Shown here in pieces: positions 23,431-34,800 of a DNA stretch of 64,000 nucleotides (position 1 is the stretch's first letter; each line of letters starts with the position of its first letter). Origin of the DNA: Folioceros fuciformis (taxonomy: Eukaryota); assembly GCA_049999805.1 (NCBI GenBank), contig JBNGIO010006348.1:99554-163553 (forward strand), written 5' to 3'. The translations under genes were made by a program, and so were the position numbers. The notes beneath the pieces were generated by a model, which searched no databases, was not told where the DNA came from, and saw only the letters and a program-made list of their open reading frames with translations.

Positions 23431-25988
23431 CTACAGCTGAGGACTTCCCCTGCCACAAGTCAGGGACACTCTCTTTCCTTCGAGCCGAAATTGCGAACTC
23501 CGCTCGATCTGAATGCACAGCAGCACCAAGGCCATGGCACAGTATGAGCGTTTGAGATCGGAAGCAGCCAGCAGAATGTGAAAGGCAGTGCACACTACCT
23601 TGTTCCTTAATTCGGAGTCAGGAGGTAGACCAGTTGCTTCAGTAACACGCTTTTGCAGCCTCTTCAAGCTCATAGTCTGTTCAGGGGCCTGTGCACATGG
23701 CGAACGCCAGTCTGAGTTTGCCATCTCACAAATGAATAAGATGCAGAAAGACACTGTAGCTCCAAAGACATGTACCTCTTTCAAAATTCTCTTGCATACT
23801 TTTTTCCACTTCAACGGTTTTCCGGCTGTTTCAGAAACCACAACGTCATTCATTTCATCATGTTTCCTCTTTCCTGTTGATGCCGTTGCCTCTTTCACAT
23901 CCTGGTCCTCACTGCCCCTTCCAGCATCCACCTCAACCTCATCGTTAAATGTAGTCTTCTTTCCCTTAAACCGAGCTCCTCCAACTTTGAGGGTACGGTC
24001 CCCAATACCAAGTCCTCGCTTGCCAGTCGTGGCCTTGTCCTGCGATGTAGGATTTCTTAGAGCCAATTCCCACAACCTGGACAACTACAAGAAAGGCAAG
24101 TCCACCAACCAAAGATAATGTCACAGCGCATCGTCTCTTTACAAGGAATGCAAATAATCCACCTGCACAAGCTTGTACAGGTTCTCTTGGTCCTGCTCGC
24201 GGAAAGATGTTCTTTCACTGCCATTCTCCCCTGCTCTTGTCTGAGGCCGCTCAGATCCAAGTTCACCAGCCCGTACAAAGCCGAATTTGTTTCCCCACCA
24301 ATCTTGTGGAAGTGGTACCACCGTCACGGGAGCACTGGCTACTTCTGCTTCGGCCTTCACCACCTCCATGAACCCAATCCTGTCCATCTTTTCCTGCTTC
24401 ACTGAAGCTTGGGGCAAAGTACCGAAATTCTGCTGCCTGGGGAGTTCCTGTTTCACAAGCCTATCAACTACCGCGAGGACTTGTTTCACAGGTTTCAGGT
24501 CCAATTCTTCTTTAACCGGTTTCAGGTCCAATTCTTCTTTGACAGGTTTCAGGTCCAATTCTTCTTTGACAGGTCTCAGGTCCAATTCTTCTTTGACTGG
24601 TTTCAACCCCATTGTTGCTTCGTTTTCAACAGATTGTCTGGACTTGATTTCCCTCCTGATGAGTGCTGCCCAATGAAATCCACGACCAAGTGTCAAGTTC
24701 CAAGGTCAGCGCAAACCTCTTGCTGCTAGATGTCTAGATCTCCACTACTTTGACGAAAATGGATTTTATAAAAGCTCCATCTTCAACGATGCCAAACAGA
24801 TAGTCCTACATGCATATCTAACTTCTACTAGCAAGCATACTTCAAAGAACATAGATAGAACTACAAGGTGCACCAGCCAGCACAGGGGTGCATCCAGACC
24901 ACTCTGCAAGCAGAAACAGCTGCCACCGAGTTCATCTTCACACAAAAGATCCTTACTCTGCCGAGGTTTCTCGCTTTGAACAGCAGATATCCCCTACACA
25001 AATCATCAACTGAAAACATTAATTGACAGCAGTAAGTGTAAGATGTGACACAAACACGATTGCATACTCACCAGTATAGCTTGTAAATCTTTTGCAGGGT
25101 AGGATTTGACATCTTTACACGCTTCCCTCCTCTTGTACCTAAAGAACCTTGGTTATCTAAAATCACAGTATGATCACCACACTAACTGTTGGCTACTCCA
25201 CACGGGAGCGTAGGTCAGCAAAACCAACCTGCCCTGGGGCCGAGTTAACTTTTTCTCCCCCACTGTCGGTGCATTGGCCTCACTGATCTCTTCCAGGCCA
25301 CCTGCCTGATCTGACCGAATAGTTTGTACAGACAGTACAGAGTATGAAAACTAGGAACCTTTCAGCCCCAGCAACGCTGGAAATTCCTATCTGCCGCACA
25401 AAAACCAGGTGCTAGTCTCCAAACGAAAATTCAGAACTTACCTTCATTTGAGTCCGAAGAAGCCACTTGCTGCCACAATAAAAAAATAATACATACATAC
25501 GAGCGATCAGAACGCAATGGAACACATTCAGCTGATCAGCAATGTCCTTCAACCCAAAACAGCCACTTGTACCACTTTCAAGTTCTTCAGAAGGTTATCA
25601 AAATTGATGATGCTCAAGGACCAGTCCTTGCTAGCTTCCAACCCCAGGCCTGTAAACAGAAACAGAGCTTGGACATGTCATCCCAACGCGACCGCAAACC
25701 CACTAACCGAAAACACACTGATATTATAAGAGTTGCATATGCACCGGAGCAGTCATTCTTCTTCTTCACCCTCAGATGCTCCTTAATGCCCTGTCCGTCT
25801 TTCCCTAATCCTGTCCCTTCCTGCCAACCCTGCACAGCCACAGTAGCAAAGGGATCGGTACACGGAATACCACACATCTAGCCCCATCCTCGACGCAATC
25901 CGTTGACTCCAAGTACCATTTGCTGCATTAATTTGAAGGCCTTGGAGGCCTTCGGTAGTCCTTGGTACATCACCGGGCCCTCCCTCAT
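23431..25988 (-). CDS. G-patch domain nucleolar protein (plant GDP1 / GPATCH4-like)
   Basis: G-patch KAFKLMQQM/GWQEGTGLGKDGQGIKEHLRV; also RPQGRYKRRE, DWWGNKFGF, QDQENLYKLVQ, DKATTGKRGLG and a C-terminal KWKKVCKRILK. Multi-exon. Confidence 0.9.
24484..24606 (-). repeat. 27-bp coding tandem repeat (L-K/R-PVKEELD) x about 4.5
   Basis: ggtttcaggtccaattcttctttgaca-type unit repeated; translates as LKPVKEELDLRPVKEELDLKPVKEELDLKPVKEELDLKPVKQ. Confidence 0.95.
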
Positions 25989-26338
25989 CTTCTCGCCAGC
26001 TCCGGCAGCACAGTCGAGCTTCCAAATCGAATTCTAGCGTTTGCAGCAGCTCATCAAGGCCTACCTCGCCTCACCAAGGGCAAAATGCCCACCACCGTGA
26101 CGACTTTCCTAGCCGCCGGATTATTCCCATGGCCTCCGAGTTTTCTTCGCTACATATATGTAGCCGTTTCAGTCTAGGGGGTTGAAATGTTTTGCACCCT
26201 AGTTTAGCTAAATACGTACAGCACGTATGTACATGTTCCGGAATTGGAACGTGTTAAGAAAACGCTTGTGAGCCCTCGATCGACCCGAAGCCCTAAGTTG
26301 CGAGCGAACGATCCGGTTTGGGTAGCGATCTCTAACGA

Positions 26339-26761
26339 ATGTCTGTGGAGATGGCGATCAGGAGCCAACGGCAGCCGAGCTTGGCGCCCGCCTCCAAGGC
26401 ATGTTTTGGTCGGGGCCAGGATGCGAACAAGGCGACAGTGGCAAGAATCACGCGATGTGAGGCAGCTGAGTATGTGGCAAAATACGTACAGATACGGAAG
26501 CTTTGTGCACAGCGACTTCGGGTGAAATACTTCTCTGAGCAGACTCCCGAGGATCAGCGGTACTATGAAAGTGAGGTGCAAATCGGAGACGTTTTAGTGA
26601 AGGAAAGCAGCGAGGAGCCTTTGGAGGAATTCACTAGAGCACGGGGGCCGTTGGAGGAGGAGGAGGAGATGCAGATGAATTCCTCGCGCATGAGGTCGGC
26701 GCCTGACCTGGAAATGCCTCGCTCCATGAACAGGCTGAAGAGTCAGGCTCGGAAGAAGTAA
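26339..26761 (+). CDS. Small hypothetical protein, divergent from the G-patch gene
   Basis: Intronless 140-aa ORF with an ATG start. The YVQIR..L..KYFS...EVQI....KES segment looks like a remembered uncharacterised plant family, unverified. Confidence 0.6.
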   Translation: MSVEMAIRSQRQPSLAPASKACFGRGQDANKATVARITRCEAAEYVAKYVQIRKLCAQRLRVKYFSEQTPEDQRYYESEVQIGDVLVKESSEEPLEEFTRARGPLEEEEEMQMNSSRMRSAPDLEMPRSMNRLKSQARKK

Positions 26762-27551
26762 GCCTCATCTACCTCATGGATCCATGTGAGGTTCGATTCT
26801 TGGCTCAAGAATTCCGCTGGGATGGGCTGGCCTGGTGCTTGGCGCTCACATCTTGTGTTCCTTCTAAGCCAACAGAAGGATTCTATGAGACAATATGCTG
26901 GTTTCTATGAGGGATTGATTGGGTAAAGCAAGTTGTACTGCAAGACTATCGCGTGGGAGTACTGGCAGGAAGCCGGGGCGACCAGCGTACTGTCTGGCTG
27001 GAGAGGGTGACCGTTCGAGGCGGACAACGTTAAGCGTTAATGCAGTGTTTCGGTGAGACGAGGATCTGTAAGTACTTCGCCCTGACCGCGGAACGGGGAG
27101 GGGCTCGGGGTTGTGTTACGAAGTGGCCGAGTCAGGATTCAGTAAACTGTGTCCAAGCTCACCTCCATCTAAGATAGTAAAGCAGGTTTTCCAAAGCAGC
27201 CAATATTTCTCATATGGCCGACTAGCTGCTGGCTGAACCTAGCCGACGACTACTGCATCGCACGCGGCGCATTGCATTTGGTATTCACCCTGATGGAGGT
27301 AGGTACTTGTGCACATTGTCCCTCAAGGCGTCTTTTGTGCACAGTCCTTGCGCTCGCGTCCCCAAGTATCACTAAATATCTTTTTTAATATCTTTAACCT
27401 CAAAAAGGTTGAAAGGGGAGGTCGTTGGAGCCTTCAAGGGTCCCGGACTTCTTGCCGTGCAAAGAATTGTAGTAGGATTTGCTTGCTTTCTGAGACCGTG
27501 CATTCTGGGACCGTGATTCCATTCCTTGGTTTGATTGGTTCCGTGGTTGAG

Positions 27552-29046
27552 ATGTCAGTGGAGGAAGTGAGTAAATTGTGGAGCCTGGGCATCGGGGTGG
27601 TTGACGATTCCCACGTCTGGAGCCGCATGCCAGTCCACATTTTGGAGCGTGAGATCATGCGATGTCTGCCCGCCTCGTACCCCGTGGTGATCAAGCTGTC
27701 CCAGGTGTGCAAGCGATGGCGGTTGCTGCTGCACCAGGAGTACTATTCCAGAATCCTTAGCTTCTCGTCGGTGGCAGACACAGCAGGGCAGGGCTGGTTC
27801 TTGCAGCTGTTTGTGGTGGGGCAGACGACGCAACTGTTCGCCGCCCTTCATCACCCCAAGCTGGACGTGTGGCAGCAGCTGCCCATGGATCGGAGCTTGA
27901 GCGACTCGCTCCTGATGGTGAGGCTGGATTTCGTGAAGGCCGACAAGGGCCTGCTGCTGTTGAAGAAGTCATTCGTGGATTCCGGGGACCGCGGCAAGGT
28001 GCAGGAGGAAGAGTGGGTGGTGATCAAGGGTCCCCGCTGCCTGGACAACCTTCAGGTCCTGGATAAGGTACCGACCCCGGGTGGATATCCTAGTAGGGTA
28101 CCGGACATGGGCTGGAACATCAGCGAGGCCAACATTTTCTTCACGGTGTCCAGGGACGACACGGTCGCGAGGTACAAGATCATCATCCTAGCCGTGGACA
28201 AGGATGTGAACTGGTTCGTGTCCCAGGTGTACGATTCCACAATGAAGGCCTGGCAGGTGGTGAAGATGGCTCGCCTGGATGAGCGCACCTCTCAGAGTTC
28301 CCTCATGTGGAGCCTCTTTTGTGGTGTCTGCTGCCACGGGGTGCTCTACCTTCTCATCTTCCCACCGGACTCGTATGACCGGTACTATGTGGTGGCCTAC
28401 GATATTCACAACAAGAGTGAGTGAGTGAGCTCAATGCAGTTAGGCAGCAGTGTGTGTTCTCAGTTCATGGGTTGAACCTGCCGTTCTTGGTCAGCAGGTG
28501 TAGTGGACATTCCGGTGCCCACAGACGAGATGCCTCTGCAAAATGGGACGTTGCGGATGTCTTTCTGCCATCTTGTGGAGTGCGGGGGCCGGATTCTGCT
28601 GTTGCTTGATTACATCAATGGCTCCAACGATCCGTTCGAGCGATGGCACGATGCTGAGGGGATCGGGATCTGGGAACTGGCCACGGACCTGGTATCAGGT
28701 AAGTAAACCGATTGCCCACCAGCACGCATTCTCTGGAGTATCGATTCCTCCCCTGACATGAGCTTGCACGGTTTTCACAGGAGCCAGGGATCACTGGGTG
28801 AAGCATGACTCTGTCACTAGAGAGCAGATCAAGGCAATGGAATGCCACCGTGAATTTCTGCGGGATGCCACCTTTCTTGGGGTGGGTGGCCACGTCTATG
28901 TGTATTGCTGGAATCATACCATCAACCAAACTAGATCTATTCTTGTTTACCATGTCGGAAACAAGACGTGGAAGTGGCTGTCCCGCCTTCCAAACCTGGG
29001 CTTCCAGTCCCAGATTTCCTTCTGTCACAGTGCAGTTCACCTCTGA
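27552..29046 (+). CDS. F-box protein with a beta-rich C-terminal domain
   Basis: F-box WSRMPVHILEREIMRCLP...LSQVCKRWRLLL, then YKII, VYDS..KAW, GV.CHGVLY, LVECGGRILL. Exons about 27552-28416, 28498-28698, 28781-29046. Confidence 0.85.
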
Positions 29047-29691
29047 ACTCACGAAGGGCCAGCCCATTGATCAGTGTTCACCGACTGGGTGCACAATCTT
29101 CTCAGCCGGAGATGAAACCGCAGGCTTCGAATGCAAATGCACCCCAAAATGTGATGGAGGGCTCAGAAAGGGCTGGAAGTCTCCTTCTTACATCTAAGTT
29201 TTTCACTATTCTATCCGTCTCCCCCACCATTGGGTGGGTGTTTGTTCCGTGGGTTTTTCATATTTGAAAGCTATGGTGGAAAGTGGCCGCCACGGGCACG
29301 CGGACTGCGAGGCAAATTTTGACTGACTGGCCAACGTTCGTACAAGATTCGCCGAATCGGGTCTCGTACTCTAGTTTTGCATCAACCTCGGCAAATCCAC
29401 CATTAGTTAGTCCATCTCTGTCCAACCTCAGTCGATTACAATAGACTTCTTTTATTGAGATAAATTGTCTTTGAAGCAGTAGATTCCGGTTCAACTCCTA
29501 CTCCCCATATGTGGGTTTATAGCATATGCCTATGACGTCAGTGCATTATAATCAATTTTTTTTACTAAGTTAATAGCCTTTCAAGCAATAGATTAGATTT
29601 CAAGCATAGTGACTACAATAGCACCTAAAATATTATGGTATGGAAGGAGAAAGGGTTTACCTTACCATTGGAGTTGTTGAGGCAGCCTCTC

Positions 29692-29855
29692 CTACCAATG
29701 TTTGACGTCTTATGTATAGCATTAGCCAATGCCTACCAACATTCGTCGTCCTATATATAGCATTATCCAACACCTACCAACGTTCGTCGTCCTATATATC
29801 GCATTATCCAATGCCTACCAACGTTCGTCATCCTATATATTGCATTAGCCAACCC
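29692..29855. repeat. 41-bp tandem repeat x4
   Basis: Unit ctaccaacgttcgtcgtcctatatatagcattatccaatgc with a few substitutions per copy and no spacers. Confidence 0.9.
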
Positions 29856-30189
29856 TCGTTGTAGAGCAATGGAAACCCTCTATCAAAAGAATGCTACAAT
29901 ATACTCCCAATCTGCAACTTACATTGCTTGCTTACAAATTTCAACTTTCCTACACAACAAAGGCTGAATGAAACCAACTGGGCTTGTTTAGAAAACTACA
30001 AGTCCCATGGCTTATGTAATAAAAGTAAGGCTTGTATACAAGTATGTATTTTGATAAATATTAAAGAATGAAAGATTATTTAAAGTATTTATAACTACAA
30101 ATATAAATAACATCTTTCCAATCATCTTGTTGAACCACTCCTCAGGACGAGGTATGGAATCCATGAATAATATTTATTTATCAATACCT

Positions 30190-30633
30190 TCATCTTCCAA
30201 AAAATCCAAAAATTGAAAACCGCAAATAACAATCCTTCGAACTATAATAAGCTTCTGCACTAAACTGACATTCACGTTGAATCAAGTCGCTCAATTGCCT
30301 AATACATTCCTTGCATTCGGCTGCAGAAGTCATAGACTGCAGGTTCGGATTGCACTGAGTATAACCCCAAAACGTTTCTGGAGGCGGCACCACATTAAGA
30401 AAGGTAGATTGTGGTGCTGGATACTGATTACTTGCACCGTCCACCAAGTTGTTCAAAGCAAGCTTGACATAAGGAGCTCTAGGATCAAGTAGCTTAAACT
30501 TTGTGCCACACCAGTGAGCAACATGGGTAGTATTTGGTACTGCTCCCGCATTAATTATCATCAAACAAACAACACTAGACCAAATCAACACATCTTTGCA
30601 AACTCTCATTCTCCTTTTGTCAATCTCACTCAT
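30190..30633 (-). CDS. Secreted single-domain Gnk2/DUF26 (stress-antifungal) cysteine-rich protein
   Basis: Hydrophobic signal segment, then WGYTQC...CKEC...C...CYLRFS, the typical DUF26 Cys pattern. Intronless. Confidence 0.85.
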   Translation of the reverse strand: MSEIDKRRMRVCKDVLIWSSVVCLMIINAGAVPNTTHVAHWCGTKFKLLDPRAPYVKLALNNLVDGASNQYPAPQSTFLNVVPPPETFWGYTQCNPNLQSMTSAAECKECIRQLSDLIQRECQFSAEAYYSSKDCYLRFSIFGFFGR

Positions 30634-31459
30634 ATTGAGAGACCCAACTTTCTTAATCTGAAATCAAATCATCTTACACATGCACAATAAAAAGCGGTTT
30701 CCAGTGCTGAGCTAAAAATCTTCAAGCAACTGCAACTTATTATAGTATCCAGCACGAGACCCAAAGCATAGCTTGGGTTGGAAGTTATTCTGTGAGTATA
30801 ACATGAACAAGACTCCTTATTCTTTGTGTAATATATTTGCACATTAATTGATTCTTATTCACCATGTACTCAAGAAGGATCTACTTTGAGCAAAAAAATA
30901 GCAAGCTCAACCCACAAAGTTGACGATGTCTAAAATACAGCTTTCATAAGGAACTGTAGAGACCATGAGTTGACTAGCATGCTTCCTAGCTATCCTTGGA
31001 TATGTGGCATGTAGAATAGACAAAATCTAATTTACATATATTTTTATATAAGATATATGATATTATCTTTAATTTTAATTAAAATATTTCTAGTTGAATA
31101 AGAAATACCTTGGTAGTTAAAAATTTAGTCTTACTTACCAAGTCATTATGGATTTCTACTTATTAAAAATATATTAAAATAGAATAATTATCATTTAACC
31201 GTAAGCTAAAACCAATATAAAAACCGTCATGTCATGCGATGAACATGATTTCAAAATGCATGCCATGAGGATGAAAATAAGATAGAAGACTTGAAGAATT
31301 TTTACTTCTCATCATTGCAAATTTCATCATCCAATTTGTAAAATGTTCTTCACGTGGAAGTTTTTCACCATGCAAAAAGTGATCTTAAATATAATGAGAA
31401 ATAGATTTTTTCATAAGCAATAAAAATACAAGAGGAAATGAAGACTTGAACATAATTAA

Positions 31460-31630
31460 TCTACTTGAAGAAGGATGAACTATAATTTGACAAGAATTGC
31501 TCTTATTTGAAGAAGGATGAACTATAATTTAACAAGATTAGCTCCTACTTGAAGAAGGATGAACTACAATTCACATTAAGTTGTGGCTGCTTAAAGAATC
31601 ATGAACTAAAATCTGAACAAAATAGCTCTT
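31460..31630. repeat. Degenerate 42-bp tandem repeat x about 4
   Basis: Core t(a/t)cttgaagaaggatgaacta(t/c)aatt recurs at 42-bp spacing. Confidence 0.8.
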
Positions 31631-31865
31631 ATATCTAGTACGTTAATGAGAATTTAAAGTTATGGTTCTCTTAGAAAGTTGCAAGCTACTTAAAACTATA
31701 TCAAATCAACATATGCTAAATGTGAAGATATTTGTACTAAAGTCTTTTTTTCTTTCTTTCTTCAAAAATATTCCCATTTGTTTTAATGGATGGAAACTTT
31801 TCATGAAGACATAGACTATTTTGGAGATTATTAATAGTTTTTTTGTTAATATTGGATTAGGGAAG

Positions 31866-34800
31866 ATGAAATCCTACGGAAATAGTTCGCTTGACTTCAA
31901 ACATGCTGGATTATCATCTATCGGAGAACCTGTAGCAGACACCACTGATAATACCGATACTGACATAAGTGAAAGCCTTTCTGACCAGAGCTTGAGGTGA
32001 TTGTTATACTTAATGCAATTCGGTAAACAAGATGGGCTAGCTTCTCAGCCAAATGGAATACCTGACATATCTATCCATGTGCAATTGCAGACTTGAAAAG
32101 AATGTTGGAGAGGAGTTTCATGATGGTGTACATTGTCGATGCTTCTCATCTTCTGGAACAAATAGCATTTTGGTGACACTTAGAGGTCACAAACATGCAT
32201 GAGTTCTGACATTGATACAAAGGTTAATAGTTAGGTATGAAATCCAACGACTAATTAATGTTGTTGATTAAACAATATAGGATCGGACCTTGTCACCACC
32301 ATAAGAGACCATTTGTTTCACATTTTGGACCAAAACCCAAGTTATTCATCCTTTGATTACACTCTCAAACTGGTACACCTTACCCTACTTCTGCCAATCT
32401 TTACAATCAAGAATTGTATGGAGATATGAGAAGGAGTTCTCTATTGTTGTAGGGTGGAGTTGCATTATATTTGGACACTCGGTTGGGCACTAGGAAAATC
32501 TTGTCTGATTATAAGTAAGGTAGCTAGCGATCTATTCCAAATTCATGGGTTTCTGGGTTCCTAATCAAAGTTTTATGAAAAGTACTATACATTGTGGCAA
32601 GCTTGAATGGTCAATGCACACTTGTCTTACAAACTTCTCTCCAGTTGCAGCTTTAAAGGACCTGAACATTGTCTGATCTAGGTATATCCAAAGATGTATC
32701 ACAGAGAAGAAAACTATTGTTCTTAGGTTGCTTGCAAATAACACCAAAGTTGTTGCTCAATCCAAAAGAATAGAGCCCCCTTATCAAAAGAAAGTGAGTG
32801 CCATGTCTCCAAAACCAACAAAGTGTATCTAATCCATGTACTTGTTTATCCCTACAATGCTTAGTAAACAGCATGGTGTGATTTTCTAAACCTAATTCAC
32901 ATCTATCAATGATGACAGGATGTAGCTTCACATGTGGTTAACAAAATTCCTCAGGTAGCTAAGTCAGCTCCTAGCTTAAATGATATAGAATCTTGTAGTC
33001 CTTCAGTTGAGTAATTATTTCCTTGTGTGTGTGTTGTGTGTTTCTCAGAGTTATTCAACACATTTTCGTAGACTATATTTGCATGTAACCATAAACCAGT
33101 GTAGCATAAGACATGAGTATTTTTCCAACATCAATGAAGATCCTTTTTATTTCAATGTTGTTGTTACATTGTATCCTTCACATTTAGTTGAACTCTTGTC
33201 TTGGGATTAGTCTATGTTTGAACATAATGATGTCTTAGAAGTTTTGTTAACCAATCTAGACTTCATGGTGCTGAGCATTTATGCCCGTATTACTCCCAAG
33301 CAACGTCCTTTATCTTGGGTTGCGAGAACTTATGTTGGTGTGAATTGCTCACATTTCCAATACTTCTCTTTGATATACCACAGGTTCTCATTTGACAGTA
33401 TGATATGTTTAGTGAATTTCCTGGAGATGTGATAACATTCTAGCTCATGAGCAAATCATCTTCTTGCTTAACATATTTTGTGATGGAAATCCTAGGTGGT
33501 GGGGTTGAATTTTGCTCTTTATTCGGGCCAGGTGAAAGGTGGTGATAGGGTTGATGCTACTCTTTTTGGTTGGGCCAATTTTCACTTCCTAGATGAGTCT
33601 GGAGTTATAGAGGATAGAAGAAAGTTTATGAGATTGTGGAACACAAAGCCAATATTTTCTCCCGGTAAGACTCTTATGTTTCAAGCTGTTACGTGTCCTG
33701 TTTTGTGGACATTGAGGTTGGAATACTAACATTGGGTTAATGCTAGACACCTAATAATTCTATGATGCAGGCACTGTGATGGAGAATACTTCTGAGTACT
33801 TTTCAGGCATCTTGGATGTTGAACTTGATCAAGTGTTTGATCACTCCATATTGAATAAAATGAGAAGAAGAGTGATTCAGGAGATGGAGGACTTTGATCC
33901 AAGTATATGATTTTTTTTTGTTGTTGAATATGGGATTTGATGAAACTGAGCAAAGAGTGTTTGAGTAAGTGTTTGTTGATATGATAGGTTCCACGGATGA
34001 ATTTGTTCCATCTAGGAAGGAGATGGCCAAAATAGAGAAGCTGCTGAAGAATTATGGTAGATATGATTTAATTGATATGACTTTGTGCAACGAGGTCTGA
34101 GACATTTTCTTCTGAACCTTGACCTGGATTTTCGGATGTCCAGATCCTGTGCACACTAAGATCACAGACGAACATAAGCATCTGTTATGGAGATATCGAA
34201 CTGCTATAAAAGTGATGGCTGATGCTTTGCCTCTATTTCTACAGTCAGTCCGGTGGGACAAAAACTCTCAAGTCGCAGAGGTTCACAGGCATGTCGATTT
34301 GAATGCGTCTAGCCTCACAAGTTCATGCTTGAGAACCTCACGTATGTATGGATTGTGGTTGTCCTCGCCTATAAAAATTCCAATGTTGTGATTTTATTGC
34401 ACCAATCCTCAAAAGGATCATGCAGGCTATTACCTGGTTGGGAGCGCATGCATCCCTTTCAGGCTTTGCAGGTACTGTTGGTGCTCTGTTTCAAGTTCTC
34501 TTTTCATCGAGGTCGTCGAAAGATACGCTTCTTCAAACAATTATTTGACGTGAGCAGCTCTTGCATCCGCGGGTTGGAGATGTCTTCGTTAGAGACTATG
34601 GTGTGCAGCTCTTGGACTCACTCTCTGATGAGGAGGTGCTGTTAATTTTGCTGCAGCTGGTTCAGGTATTGTAGGCTGTTCCTTCGATTACTGGTACTTG
34701 ATCATTTCAGAATAGCAAGCTGTGGCAGAGTATTAACTTCTGAACCATCCTGTGCAGGCATTGCAGTACGAGCCCTTTCAAATGTCGGGACTGTTAAGCT

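Noticed and set aside
29692-29855. Regularly spaced repeats as a possible CRISPR array
   Set aside because: Units are contiguous 41-bp copies with no unique spacers, the context is eukaryotic and there are no cas genes.
31460-31630. 42-bp repeat reading YLKKDEL-stop, suggesting ER-retained peptides
   Set aside because: There is an in-frame stop just upstream, no start codon or signal peptide, and later copies read DELQ and HELK. Treated as coincidence or decayed coding sequence.
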